Assembly (NCBI GenBank): GCA_964448725.1
Contig: CAYVAJ010000001.1
Coordinates: 135,525 to 199,524 of the forward strand
From: an uncultured Gammaproteobacteria bacterium
GTDB taxonomy: Bacteria > Patescibacteriota > Microgenomatia > Levybacterales > GWA1-39-11
Direction: 5' to 3'
Length of the DNA: 64,000 nucleotides
Every line of letters begins with the position of its first letter. Position 1 is the stretch's first letter. Position numbers and translations under genes: made by a program. The notes under the pieces were generated by a model, which did not search any database, was not told the origin of the DNA, and worked only from the letters and a program-made list of their open reading frames with translations. Positions 49,396 to 57,633 of this stretch are shown here, one piece after another.

Positions 49396-50336
49396 GACAC
49401 TCTCATATCTACTACCTCTTAAAATTGCTTCGTCCACGTCAGTGGATTAAAAACCTCGCTCTTTTTGCAGGAATTACCTTTAGCGGACAACTCTTTGAAG
49501 CAGATGCCCTTAGTCGTGTTGCAGTTGCCTTTCTCGCTTTCTGTTTTCTATCATCAGCCACCTATATTATTAATGATGTGCTGGATCTAAAAAAAGATCG
49601 ACTGCACCCATTTAAAAAAATGCGCCCACTTGCGAGCGGAAGAATTCAGATGTTTGAGGCTGCAATATTGTTTGCTGTGCTTCTTTCTTCTGCACTGATT
49701 TTAGCCAAGGGGTTAGGAGGATTATTTATCTTTATTGCCATTATCTATTTAACACTTCAGATTGCGTACTCATTGGTATTCAAAGGTGTGGTAATTTTTG
49801 ATATCTTTTTTATTGCTTCAGGGTATATTTTGCGCGTGTTGGCAGGAGGAGAGATTGTGAACTATCATATCTCTGTATGGCTACTTCTTACTACTGTTTC
49901 TCTCTCTCTCTTCCTCGCAGTTGGAAAGCGCAGGTCTGAGTTAACACTTTTGCGGAACATAAAAGGATCAAAAATTATGGAGATTCGTCAAAGTCTTTCC
50001 CATTATTCAGAAAATTTACTTGATGCATATACTGCTATTTTTGCAACTACTGCAATTATGTTTTATACCATGTTCACTTTTCTGGAGCATCCCCGTGGTA
50101 TACGTATAACACTTGAGTTATTATTGCCTGAATTTTTGCCTTACTACTTGCAAAGGAAATGGCTGATGATAACGATTCTTCCAGTAATTTATGGCATTAT
50201 GCGTTATATGCAGGATATTTATGAAAAAAGTGAGGGAGAAAGTCCTGACCGGGTATTACTCGCCGATAAAGCACTTCTTGCTTCAGTCATATCATGGGTG
50301 TTGATGGTCATTTTTATTATATACTTTATTGGGTAA
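49392..50336 (+). CDS. UbiA-family prenyltransferase resembling decaprenyl-phosphate 5-phosphoribosyltransferase (DPPR synthase)
   Basis: YIINDVLDLKKDRLHPFKKMRPLASG (NDxxDxxxD..K..RP.A.G) matches the DPPR-synthase subgroup of UbiA. 8-9 TMs. Confidence 0.7.
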   Translation: MRHSHIYYLLKLLRPRQWIKNLALFAGITFSGQLFEADALSRVAVAFLAFCFLSSATYIINDVLDLKKDRLHPFKKMRPLASGRIQMFEAAILFAVLLSSALILAKGLGGLFIFIAIIYLTLQIAYSLVFKGVVIFDIFFIASGYILRVLAGGEIVNYHISVWLLLTTVSLSLFLAVGKRRSELTLLRNIKGSKIMEIRQSLSHYSENLLDAYTAIFATTAIMFYTMFTFLEHPRGIRITLELLLPEFLPYYLQRKWLMITILPVIYGIMRYMQDIYEKSEGESPDRVLLADKALLASVISWVLMVIFIIYFIG

Positions 50337-51204
50337 TTTCAGTAACATAGTTCCCGCTTACCCAGCCTGATTCTCCATTATCTAAAGTGATTTTATACCA
50401 TCCATTCTGTGTATCGGTATAAGGAAATATTTCTCCAGGGTCAACTGTAGTAATCTGTCGACCAGCAGTTGATGGAGTAGATCGTACTCGTAAAAAACCT
50501 ACTGAATTCTCATCAATTTCAACTTTCTGTGCAATACTTTCTTCATCTTCTGATAGTTCATCATCTGTCTCAGTAGGTGTAGGAGTTGGGCTTACTTTTT
50601 CAAGGGTAGATTCATCTTCAGCTGATTCTGTGCCAAGATATGCTGAAACAACCAGCTTATATTCAGGAACGGTTCTAACTCTGATAGTTTTCTTAGCAAA
50701 TCCATCCTTTTGAATTTCTATTTCATGCTCTGAAGGTGAGATAGATTCCATAAAATAAGGACTAGTTCCACGTGGTGTACTGTCGACCGCAACCATGGCA
50801 GAGTTAGGAAGCGTACCAACAAAGAGCTGTGGTTCTTTTTCAGCTATTTTTTCAAGAGTTAATATATATGCACTTGCGAGAGATCCTGGTAAGAATGTTC
50901 GTTCAACAGCAGTCAGTACGCCTGGTGTTACGGTTACTTTGACGACAAAGGGTGTAAACTGTGTGTCTTCAGGAACAATCTTTACGGTATATTCTCCTTG
51001 TGTGATGGTATTGTTCTGTTCACACTTACATACTGGTGTCTGTCCGAGTAACTTGTCATCAAGATATACTGAGCTTTTTATATTTGCAGTTACTTGTAGT
51101 GCTCCTTGTCCTGATGGTCGTACATTCTGTATTACTTGGGTGAGAAGGAATAATCCGATAAGAATAAGAATAACAGCCAAGACCAGGAGGAAATTTCGTT
51201 TCAT
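50326..51204 (-). CDS. Secreted/anchored protein with PEGA-like repeats and C-terminal SH3b-like domain
   Basis: Signal/anchor MKRNFLLVLAVILILIGLFLL. PEGA-like YTVKIVPEDTQFTPFVV and EHEIEIQKDGFAKKTIRV. C-terminal GFLRVRS..GWYKITLDNGESGWVSGNYV (bacterial SH3). Confidence 0.55.
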   Translation of the reverse strand: MKRNFLLVLAVILILIGLFLLTQVIQNVRPSGQGALQVTANIKSSVYLDDKLLGQTPVCKCEQNNTITQGEYTVKIVPEDTQFTPFVVKVTVTPGVLTAVERTFLPGSLASAYILTLEKIAEKEPQLFVGTLPNSAMVAVDSTPRGTSPYFMESISPSEHEIEIQKDGFAKKTIRVRTVPEYKLVVSAYLGTESAEDESTLEKVSPTPTPTETDDELSEDEESIAQKVEIDENSVGFLRVRSTPSTAGRQITTVDPGEIFPYTDTQNGWYKITLDNGESGWVSGNYVTEITQ

Positions 51205-51298
51205 GCGTATTCACTATCATACCAAACTTATATATATATGCTCAAGAAAATGATTGATTATTTCGTGTAATAAACTGTTAAGAAAAGGCTCAAAGGTC

Positions 51299-51332
51299 TT
51301 GACAATTAGCAGTCTGATTGGTAGACTGATAA
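51299..51332 (+). promoter_or_regulatory. hsp20 promoter (TTGACA-17-TAGACT) overlapping a near-consensus CIRCE operator TTAGCAGTC-N9-GACTGATAA
   Basis: TTGACA 51299-51304. CIRCE 51306-51332 (consensus TTAGCACTC-N9-GAGTGCTAA; 2-3 mismatches, perfect internal IR CAGTCT..AGACTG). Confidence 0.55.
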
Positions 51333-51439
51333 TATTAAAGTTTAAGAGTGAAGGAGATTTGTCTTCCGTAGCCTGACACAATATTGTACTTAAAACTCCT
51401 TCACACGAGGCTCCGGAAGGCGAAGGGAGGTGAGTATCT

Positions 51440-51853
51440 ATGGCAGATGTAAGACTTCGACCATTTCGACCGTTTTTACTCCCATCTTTGTGGGATGAGG
51501 ACGAATGGCAGCCATTCACATCAGGATCACATGGTATGGATGTGTATGAAACTGATAGTGAAATAGTTGTCAAAGCACCTGTTCCTGGAATTCCTGTAGA
51601 AAATGTTGATGTGTCTTTTGAAGAAGGAGTACTGCGAATCAGAGGACGACATGAGGAAAAGGAAGAGGAAAAGAAGCGAAAGAAAGTTGTGCATCAATCA
51701 CAGCGTGTTACTACATTTGACTATGCAACTACTCTTCCACGCCCGATTGATGTAGAAAAAGTACAAGCAGAAGTAAGTAACGGAGTAGTAATCGTAACTG
51801 CTCCACTCGCATCAGAAGCAAAACCTCGAAAAATCTCTGTGAAAGCAGGGTAA
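51440..51853 (+). CDS. Small heat-shock protein, Hsp20/alpha-crystallin family
   Basis: Alpha-crystallin domain pattern DVYETDSEIVVKAPVPGI..VSFEEGVLRIRG..F.Y...LP..ID..KVQAEVSNGVV. Confidence 0.85.
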   Translation: MADVRLRPFRPFLLPSLWDEDEWQPFTSGSHGMDVYETDSEIVVKAPVPGIPVENVDVSFEEGVLRIRGRHEEKEEEKKRKKVVHQSQRVTTFDYATTLPRPIDVEKVQAEVSNGVVIVTAPLASEAKPRKISVKAG

Positions 51854-51874
51854 TTCTGAGTACAATATAAAAAA

Positions 51875-51902
51875 CCTCTCCAGCTTTGGGGAGGTTTTTT
51901 TA
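51875..51902. terminator. Bidirectional rho-independent terminator between convergent hsp20 and metG
   Basis: AAAAACCTCTCC-agcttt-GGGGAGGTTTTTTT: GC-rich stem (one mismatch) flanked by A-run and T-run. Confidence 0.6.
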
Positions 51903-53327
51903 TGGAAGTCGAGGAAAAAGAGGATTTGCTGATTGTACTTGTCCTGAAAATTGATTCATAACCTTTTGTGCTGTCTCTGGCATAAAAGGCTGAAGATCAA
52001 AGGCTGCCTGTTGAATGGCAGTAATGTAGCTCAGAAGTAATTCTTTTAATTCTTCTTGGTTATTAATTTTCCATGGTTCGTCTTGATTTATTTTTCTATC
52101 AATTTCACGAAGTTCTCTCCATATTGAACCTAATGCATCAGCGAACTGATATTTTATCAAGTGATCGTGGACAGTATTAGAAAAGGCCAAATTAAGAGAA
52201 GATGGAAGGGTTATTTCTGCATTTTCTGCAAGTTTTGCAACCCGCGCAACAAGATTGCCCAGTCCATTTGCAAGATCTGCACTGTAAACTTCTTTAAATC
52301 TGTCAACACTTGCCTCACCATCATCAGCAAGCGGAATTTGAGATAACAAGTAATATCGAAATGGCTCTAATCCGAATTTTTCTACCATCTCAAAAGGGTC
52401 AACTACATTCCCCAATGATTTACTCATCTTTTGTCCGCCAGGCGCAGTAATAAAGCTGTGAATAAGTATCTGCTTTGGGAGTGGAAGTTTTGCGGAGAGC
52501 AACATTGCAGGCCAGTAGACAGTATGAAATCGGTTAATATCTTTTCCTATAATATGAAGGTCAGCTGGCCACCATTTTTCCCACTTTTTTTCATCTGTCC
52601 CAAATCCTATGCCTGTCATATAAATTGATAAAGCATCAAACCATACATACATAACTTGATTGTCATCTCCAGGTACGGGAACGCCAACACCTCTTGCACG
52701 AGCTTTAGATCTTGATATGCTGAAATCCTCCAAACCTCGTTTGATAAATGAGAGTGCCTCGGCACGTTTGTTGCTTGGAATGATGTGTAATGTATCTGAT
52801 TCAATAAGTTGTTCTAACTGCTCTTGATAGCGGGATAATTTAAAAAAATAATTTTCTTCTTTTACAAGCTCTGGTTTTTTTAGATGATCTGGACACTCAC
52901 CTTGATCGTTCAGTTCTTCTGGAGTTTTGAAGCTTTCACAGCCAACACAGTATAGACCTTCATATGACTTTTTATAAATATCTTCGTTTGTCTCACATAA
53001 TTTCCAAAGTTTTTGTACTCCTGGCCAATGCAACTGTGTATCAGATCCTCTCTGAAAGACATCGAGATGTACGCCAAGTTGTGCAAATGCTTCTTTAAAA
53101 ACTTTTGAATTTTTGTCTAAAAAGGTTTGAGTATCTATTCCTTCTTTTTCTGCAGCTTGTACATTTTTGAGTGCATTTTCATCAGCACCAGACAGTAATA
53201 ATGTCTCTTCACCGAGAAGATCGTGGAAACGGCGTGTTGTGTCTGCTTGAAAGTATTCAAGTGCATGACCCAGGTGAGGTTTACCATTTACATATGGAAT
53301 AGCGGTTGTCAGATAAAACTTGCTCAT
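51900..53327 (-). CDS. metG: Methionyl-tRNA synthetase (short form)
   Basis: Class I HIGH motif PHLGHAL, KMSKS as KMSKSLGN, MetRS-type CxxC knuckle CVGCESF..ECPDH. Confidence 0.9.
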   Translation of the reverse strand: MSKFYLTTAIPYVNGKPHLGHALEYFQADTTRRFHDLLGEETLLLSGADENALKNVQAAEKEGIDTQTFLDKNSKVFKEAFAQLGVHLDVFQRGSDTQLHWPGVQKLWKLCETNEDIYKKSYEGLYCVGCESFKTPEELNDQGECPDHLKKPELVKEENYFFKLSRYQEQLEQLIESDTLHIIPSNKRAEALSFIKRGLEDFSISRSKARARGVGVPVPGDDNQVMYVWFDALSIYMTGIGFGTDEKKWEKWWPADLHIIGKDINRFHTVYWPAMLLSAKLPLPKQILIHSFITAPGGQKMSKSLGNVVDPFEMVEKFGLEPFRYYLLSQIPLADDGEASVDRFKEVYSADLANGLGNLVARVAKLAENAEITLPSSLNLAFSNTVHDHLIKYQFADALGSIWRELREIDRKINQDEPWKINNQEELKELLLSYITAIQQAAFDLQPFMPETAQKVMNQFSGQVQSANPLFPRLP

Positions 53328-53354
53328 ACAGATACAGTGTATTGTACCAAAAAT

Positions 53355-53726
53355 CTATGATTTGCGCTCTGGAGAAGGTTGTTTCAAACGCTTGGGAGGT
53401 CTACGAAAATAGACAGTACTGAGTAATACGATTAAAAGAAGAATAACCACATAAGAGCCTTCGGTATATCCAAGCATACGCAACAAAAGTGTTGCGACTA
53501 CAAAAAGAGCAAAAAATACTCCTTTAATACTGTTAATAAAGATGTATGTAAAGATGAGATAAGAAGCAAGGAATATTAAGATAAAAAAGAGAATAATCGG
53601 ATCGATCATAAAAGTATATATTTCAATTTTTTGCTTCGGATCTACAAAATAAATGAGCTCAAAGAGGGCAATTAAAAAGATTGTAAATGCCATAACAAAA
53701 TGAAGTAGTCGTTTTCTCATATGCAT
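53355..53726 (-). CDS. Small polytopic membrane protein, hypothetical
   Basis: 123-aa ORF, 3-4 hydrophobic helices, basic C-terminal tail. Confidence 0.4.
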   Translation of the reverse strand: MHMRKRLLHFVMAFTIFLIALFELIYFVDPKQKIEIYTFMIDPIILFFILIFLASYLIFTYIFINSIKGVFFALFVVATLLLRMLGYTEGSYVVILLLIVLLSTVYFRRPPKRLKQPSPERKS

Positions 53727-53832
53727 GTATTAAGTGTAAAGCGTAAATTACAAAGTGTAAAGATATATCAATCTCCTTGACTTTTAAAAATTGCTTCTGA
53801 TACTCTTAAACTAGCAAATAATATATCAAATT

Positions 53833-56169
53833 ATGATGGACGGATTTAATCATTTTGTGACCTCTCTTTTTTCCTCTTCTAAAAAAATGGCAGGCATGGT
53901 CATCATTCTTCTTATCGCAGTAGCCGTTCCAGTAACGCTTGGCCTTTTAAAGCAAAATCAGGATATCAGACAGGAAGCAGCGACAAACCTTACTTGTACG
54001 CTTCTTCCGCTTGAAAAATTATCTAACACTTCTTTTAAAGCAACTGTAGAGTTTAATGGAAGTGGTGCGCAAAACTACAGCACATTTGATTGGAAGCTCC
54101 ACTACTCAGATGGAACAGAAATTCCAAATAAACGTGTATGGACAGCAAAGCCTAACGATCCACCTGCCACTCATAATTTTCAAAATTTAGAATCAGGGAA
54201 ATCATATGCGTTGGTAGTACAGTTTACAAAAGCTAATGGAGGAGATCCATTTCCTTGTGGAACACAACATATCACTTTAAGTTCTAATAATGATCAGAAC
54301 CAAAATAATAACAATAATAGTGGAACAGTCCCCACCATTAACCCTTCAAATGCGCCATTTGTTCAAAACTTTGAAGTAAGACCTTCAGAGGTAAAGGAAA
54401 ATACAAAAACTGAAATTCTTATTCCATTGCCATCTGGACGTGCTGTGACAGAGTATGCTATTTATATTCACGGAACAAACCAACCTAAACCACTCCAAGC
54501 CTCTCAAAATAATTATAACCCTGATAATGTCGGTGCAGATACATTTTATAGGTTAAATACCCCTGGGTCATCAACTGCTAGATTTTCTGCTCCTGCAAAA
54601 GCTGGAACATATTATATTGCAGTCAATGCTGTAACAGGAGCATATATCTGTTCTTGGGATGGAAAAATCTATTATAGAAATCCGAATACTGGACAGGTAG
54701 AAGCTACAGGACAAACGTGCCAAAATAGTCTCAAGACCCTTAAAGTAACATCTTCAACTTCAGGAGGTGTTGGAGGACAAGCAAGCTGTACTCTTGATGT
54801 GTCAAGTGCCGTTCCAAATATAATTCGTGCCTCAGTTTCAGCGACAAATTTTTCATCTGAATATAATCGTATCCGTTGGAGGATATATAACTCTGGTGGC
54901 TCATTGGTAAAAGACGAACACACAACAGCAGATCCTAATTTTACTACTCCTATGTCTCAACAGTTCCCTAATATAGAAGCAGGAAGGTACGATGTTATTG
55001 CAGAGTATTATTCTACCCAATCACTTCCTGCTATTCTTTGCGGCAATAAGTCTGTTACTGTATCAGATCCAGTTGATCCTGGGACAAATAACCCAGGAAC
55101 AAATGATCCTGGGACAAGTAACCCAGGGACTAATAATCCTGGTGGATGGGATCCGGGTTCAGGCTTTCCTGGTGGCAATCCAGGAGGAATTGGCGGTGGT
55201 CCTATTAGTTCGCTTTTCTCTATTAAAGGTACTGTATTTGTAGATGCCAATAAAAACAAGAGGATGGATAGTGGGGAAAAAGGTTTTGAAGGTGCTACAG
55301 TTAAAGCATATGGCACCCAGGTTAATACCGATTCATCAGGTAAGTATAGTATTCCTGTAAGTGGTTTGACTATGAGTACATTAGAACTCACTGTCCCCCC
55401 TTGTTATACTGCCACGACTGATACGAGCATACGGGTAAGTCCACTTAGTTTTGGTGATATAAATTTTGGTATCATGCCATCTACTGGAGCAGGATGTGGT
55501 ACAACTCCTACTGTTACTCCTACGGTTACTACGACTCCTGTCCCTGCTTGTGGTGCAACGTGTGCAAGTAGTGCAGCATGTGCTGGTGCAGCAAACGGTT
55601 GTTCTACCTGCGTGACAGGAAGCAATGGTCAGAAGACTTGCCAGGCATCTACGAATACGAATCAAATTAACCTTGCAGTCTCTGTAGAGATGCCAGGTAT
55701 TGGTACGAGGACAGGAGATAATAGAAATCCAGCACGTACTACAAGAACCGGAAAAGTAGAGGTATACAATACTCAAAATGAGAAAGTAAAAGAAGGAGAT
55801 ATTAACTTTACCTTTACATTGGCAAGTCAATCAGCAGTGTATAACGGAACTGTTGAGATGACAAATATGGCAGAAGGGACATATTATGTAAAAGTTCGTT
55901 TTGACAATACAGTGTTTGAACAGCTTCCAGGGGTATATAATCTGAAAAAAGGCAATAATACACTTCCTACGATTGCGCTTGCACCTGGAGATCTAAACCA
56001 GGATAATAACCTGGACATGCAAGATTACTCAGTTTTTGTCAGCTGCTATGGAGATAAGAATTGTGGAGACAATACGAAAAAATTGGCTGACTTTAACGAT
56101 GATGGAAAAGTAGATGGAGTAGATTATAATATACTTATTCGGTCATTTGCGATTCGCTCAGGAGACTAA
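53833..56169 (+). CDS. Large secreted multidomain protein: two homologous Cys-pair beta modules, Pro/Gly/Asn-rich linker, CarboxypepD_reg/SdrD-B-like domain, Cys-rich segment, and C-terminal dockerin-like duplicated Ca-binding repeat
   Basis: Signal peptide with extended c-region VPVTLGLLKQNQDIRQEAA. Internal repeat (LTCTLLP..FDWKLHYSDG..FPCGTQHITL versus SCTLDVS..IRWRIYNSGG..LCGNKSVTV). GTNNPGTNDPGTSNPGTNNPGG linker. SIKGTVFVDANKNKRMDSGEKGFEGATVKAYG. C-terminal DLNQDNNLDMQD and DFNDDGKVDGVD loops. Confidence 0.7.
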   Translation: MMDGFNHFVTSLFSSSKKMAGMVIILLIAVAVPVTLGLLKQNQDIRQEAATNLTCTLLPLEKLSNTSFKATVEFNGSGAQNYSTFDWKLHYSDGTEIPNKRVWTAKPNDPPATHNFQNLESGKSYALVVQFTKANGGDPFPCGTQHITLSSNNDQNQNNNNNSGTVPTINPSNAPFVQNFEVRPSEVKENTKTEILIPLPSGRAVTEYAIYIHGTNQPKPLQASQNNYNPDNVGADTFYRLNTPGSSTARFSAPAKAGTYYIAVNAVTGAYICSWDGKIYYRNPNTGQVEATGQTCQNSLKTLKVTSSTSGGVGGQASCTLDVSSAVPNIIRASVSATNFSSEYNRIRWRIYNSGGSLVKDEHTTADPNFTTPMSQQFPNIEAGRYDVIAEYYSTQSLPAILCGNKSVTVSDPVDPGTNNPGTNDPGTSNPGTNNPGGWDPGSGFPGGNPGGIGGGPISSLFSIKGTVFVDANKNKRMDSGEKGFEGATVKAYGTQVNTDSSGKYSIPVSGLTMSTLELTVPPCYTATTDTSIRVSPLSFGDINFGIMPSTGAGCGTTPTVTPTVTTTPVPACGATCASSAACAGAANGCSTCVTGSNGQKTCQASTNTNQINLAVSVEMPGIGTRTGDNRNPARTTRTGKVEVYNTQNEKVKEGDINFTFTLASQSAVYNGTVEMTNMAEGTYYVKVRFDNTVFEQLPGVYNLKKGNNTLPTIALAPGDLNQDNNLDMQDYSVFVSCYGDKNCGDNTKKLADFNDDGKVDGVDYNILIRSFAIRSGD

Positions 56170-56173
56170 TATT

Positions 56174-56770
56174 ATGCCAAGAAGAACAGTTATACTTATC
56201 ATTATTCTTACAATACTCACTGGTGTGTTAGTCTTTCTTGCTGTGCAAAATGAACAGCGTAAAGTACAAGCGCCTGATATGACAGTGGGAACAGAATCTC
56301 CTACGCAGCAACCAGTATCCAAAACGGCTACTGTTTCATTTGATCCAATGAGTGTCCAGGCAGTTGCTTCGACACGATCAGCATCAACAGTTGATGTTAT
56401 TCTTGATAGTAAAGAACATACAATTGATAGTATTCAGTTAGAGTTTGTGTATGATCCGGCAATTCTTTCCAACGTAACAGTTGTTGCACCAGAATCGAAT
56501 TTTTTTGGAGATCAGGGAAGTTATACTGTTTTTCCTTTGTCAGATGATCCGCAAAGAGGCAGAGCCTCATATGCTGTTGGGATAAGTCCTGAGAGGGAAG
56601 CACGGCAAGGTATTGGAGTAGTTGCTCAGATATCATTCTCTGTAAATCCTCAATCTACTGCTTCTGCAACCGAAATCCAGGTATTAGATCGTTCTATGGC
56701 AAATGAACCAAATAGCCATCAAAGTGTGCTTGCACCGGTAGAACCTCTCACTATTACAATTGTGCGTTAA
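56174..56770 (+). CDS. Membrane-anchored cohesin-like domain protein
   Basis: N-terminal anchor IIILTILTGVLVFLAVQNEQRKVQAP. Ectodomain TATVSFDPMSVQAV..IDSIQLEFVYDPAILSNVTVV..GSYTVFPL..ASYAVGIS..GVVAQISFSVNP fits the type-I cohesin pattern. ATG 56174 chosen (GGAGA SD 9 nt upstream) over track start 56147. Confidence 0.55.
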   Translation: MPRRTVILIIILTILTGVLVFLAVQNEQRKVQAPDMTVGTESPTQQPVSKTATVSFDPMSVQAVASTRSASTVDVILDSKEHTIDSIQLEFVYDPAILSNVTVVAPESNFFGDQGSYTVFPLSDDPQRGRASYAVGISPEREARQGIGVVAQISFSVNPQSTASATEIQVLDRSMANEPNSHQSVLAPVEPLTITIVR

Positions 56771-56777
56771 GACTTGC

Positions 56778-57539
56778 ATGAAAAATATATTATCTCAACT
56801 TTCACAGATGCTTTCTGGACATACTCGAATAATTCCTATCTTAGGGGTGTTGGCCTTAGTGCTTGCTCTTCCGTTAACTCTGAGTCTTCTGGAACAAAAT
56901 CAAGATAATCGTCAGCAGGCTGCAGGCACAGAGGAGCAGTTATTCTCACAAGCAGACCCAAGTGCAAGTTCATCTGCTACAACTTGTGCTTCAGTAGGAG
57001 GAGAGTGTGTTGCTGATTCAGAATGGGTAAATTCACAAGCCCTTTTTGCCGCAGCATCTGTAGATGGAACGTATTCATGTCCTAGAACTGGTGATGTATG
57101 TGTCGTGCAGAAGCGGCCGACTGTTGAAAATCAAACATGCACGGGAAGCTGCGATATATCAAGTTCTATGTGTGAAGCAAATGGAGGTATTGTGACATCA
57201 GATACTTGTCATAATAAAAATCTGTGCTGTATGGTTCCATCTCAACCTGAACCTACTATAACATATCCTCCTCTAGGTAGTGCATGTTCTGATGGATCTG
57301 GAAATTTTTCATGCGGATTTGGTACTACTGACACAGAATGTCCTGTATGTAGCCCAGTTGCTGATTGTAGCACAGGAAATTATTCTATATTAAGTTGTTC
57401 AGGAACAGCAGTATGTACACAAGATTCAGATTGTGCTAACAATCCCCCAAGCTGTCCTGCTGGAAAAACAGGGACAGTTGTGTGTAATATTCCTTCTGGT
57501 CAAACACAAGGAAGCTGTCAGACGGTAAACTGCAAGTAG
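56778..57539 (+). CDS. Secreted cysteine-rich protein (about 30 Cys in about 200 mature residues)
   Basis: Signal peptide IIPILGVLALVLALPLTLSLLEQNQDNRQQAAG. Mature region dense in Cys-spaced motifs (CxxxxxECV, SCPRTGDVCVV, CTGSCD, LCCMVP, CPVCSPVADC, CSGTAVCTQDSDC). Confidence 0.6.
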   Translation: MKNILSQLSQMLSGHTRIIPILGVLALVLALPLTLSLLEQNQDNRQQAAGTEEQLFSQADPSASSSATTCASVGGECVADSEWVNSQALFAAASVDGTYSCPRTGDVCVVQKRPTVENQTCTGSCDISSSMCEANGGIVTSDTCHNKNLCCMVPSQPEPTITYPPLGSACSDGSGNFSCGFGTTDTECPVCSPVADCSTGNYSILSCSGTAVCTQDSDCANNPPSCPAGKTGTVVCNIPSGQTQGSCQTVNCK

Positions 57540-57554
57540 ACAGAGTATCTTGTC

Positions 57555-57591
57555 TTGACAAACATTAGCAGTCATGCTATCATTTTGCTAA
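57555..57591 (+). promoter_or_regulatory. hrcA-grpE-dnaK operon promoter (TTGACA-17-TATCAT) overlapping a CIRCE-like operator TTAGCAGTC-N9-TTTTGCTAA
   Basis: TTGACA 57555-57560, TATCAT 57578-57583. CIRCE-like IR 57565-57591 (TTAGCA..TGCTAA arms). Confidence 0.55.
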
Positions 57592-57633
57592 TATTAATTT
57601 TAAACTCTACATTTTAAGTTAGAGTTTTATATC

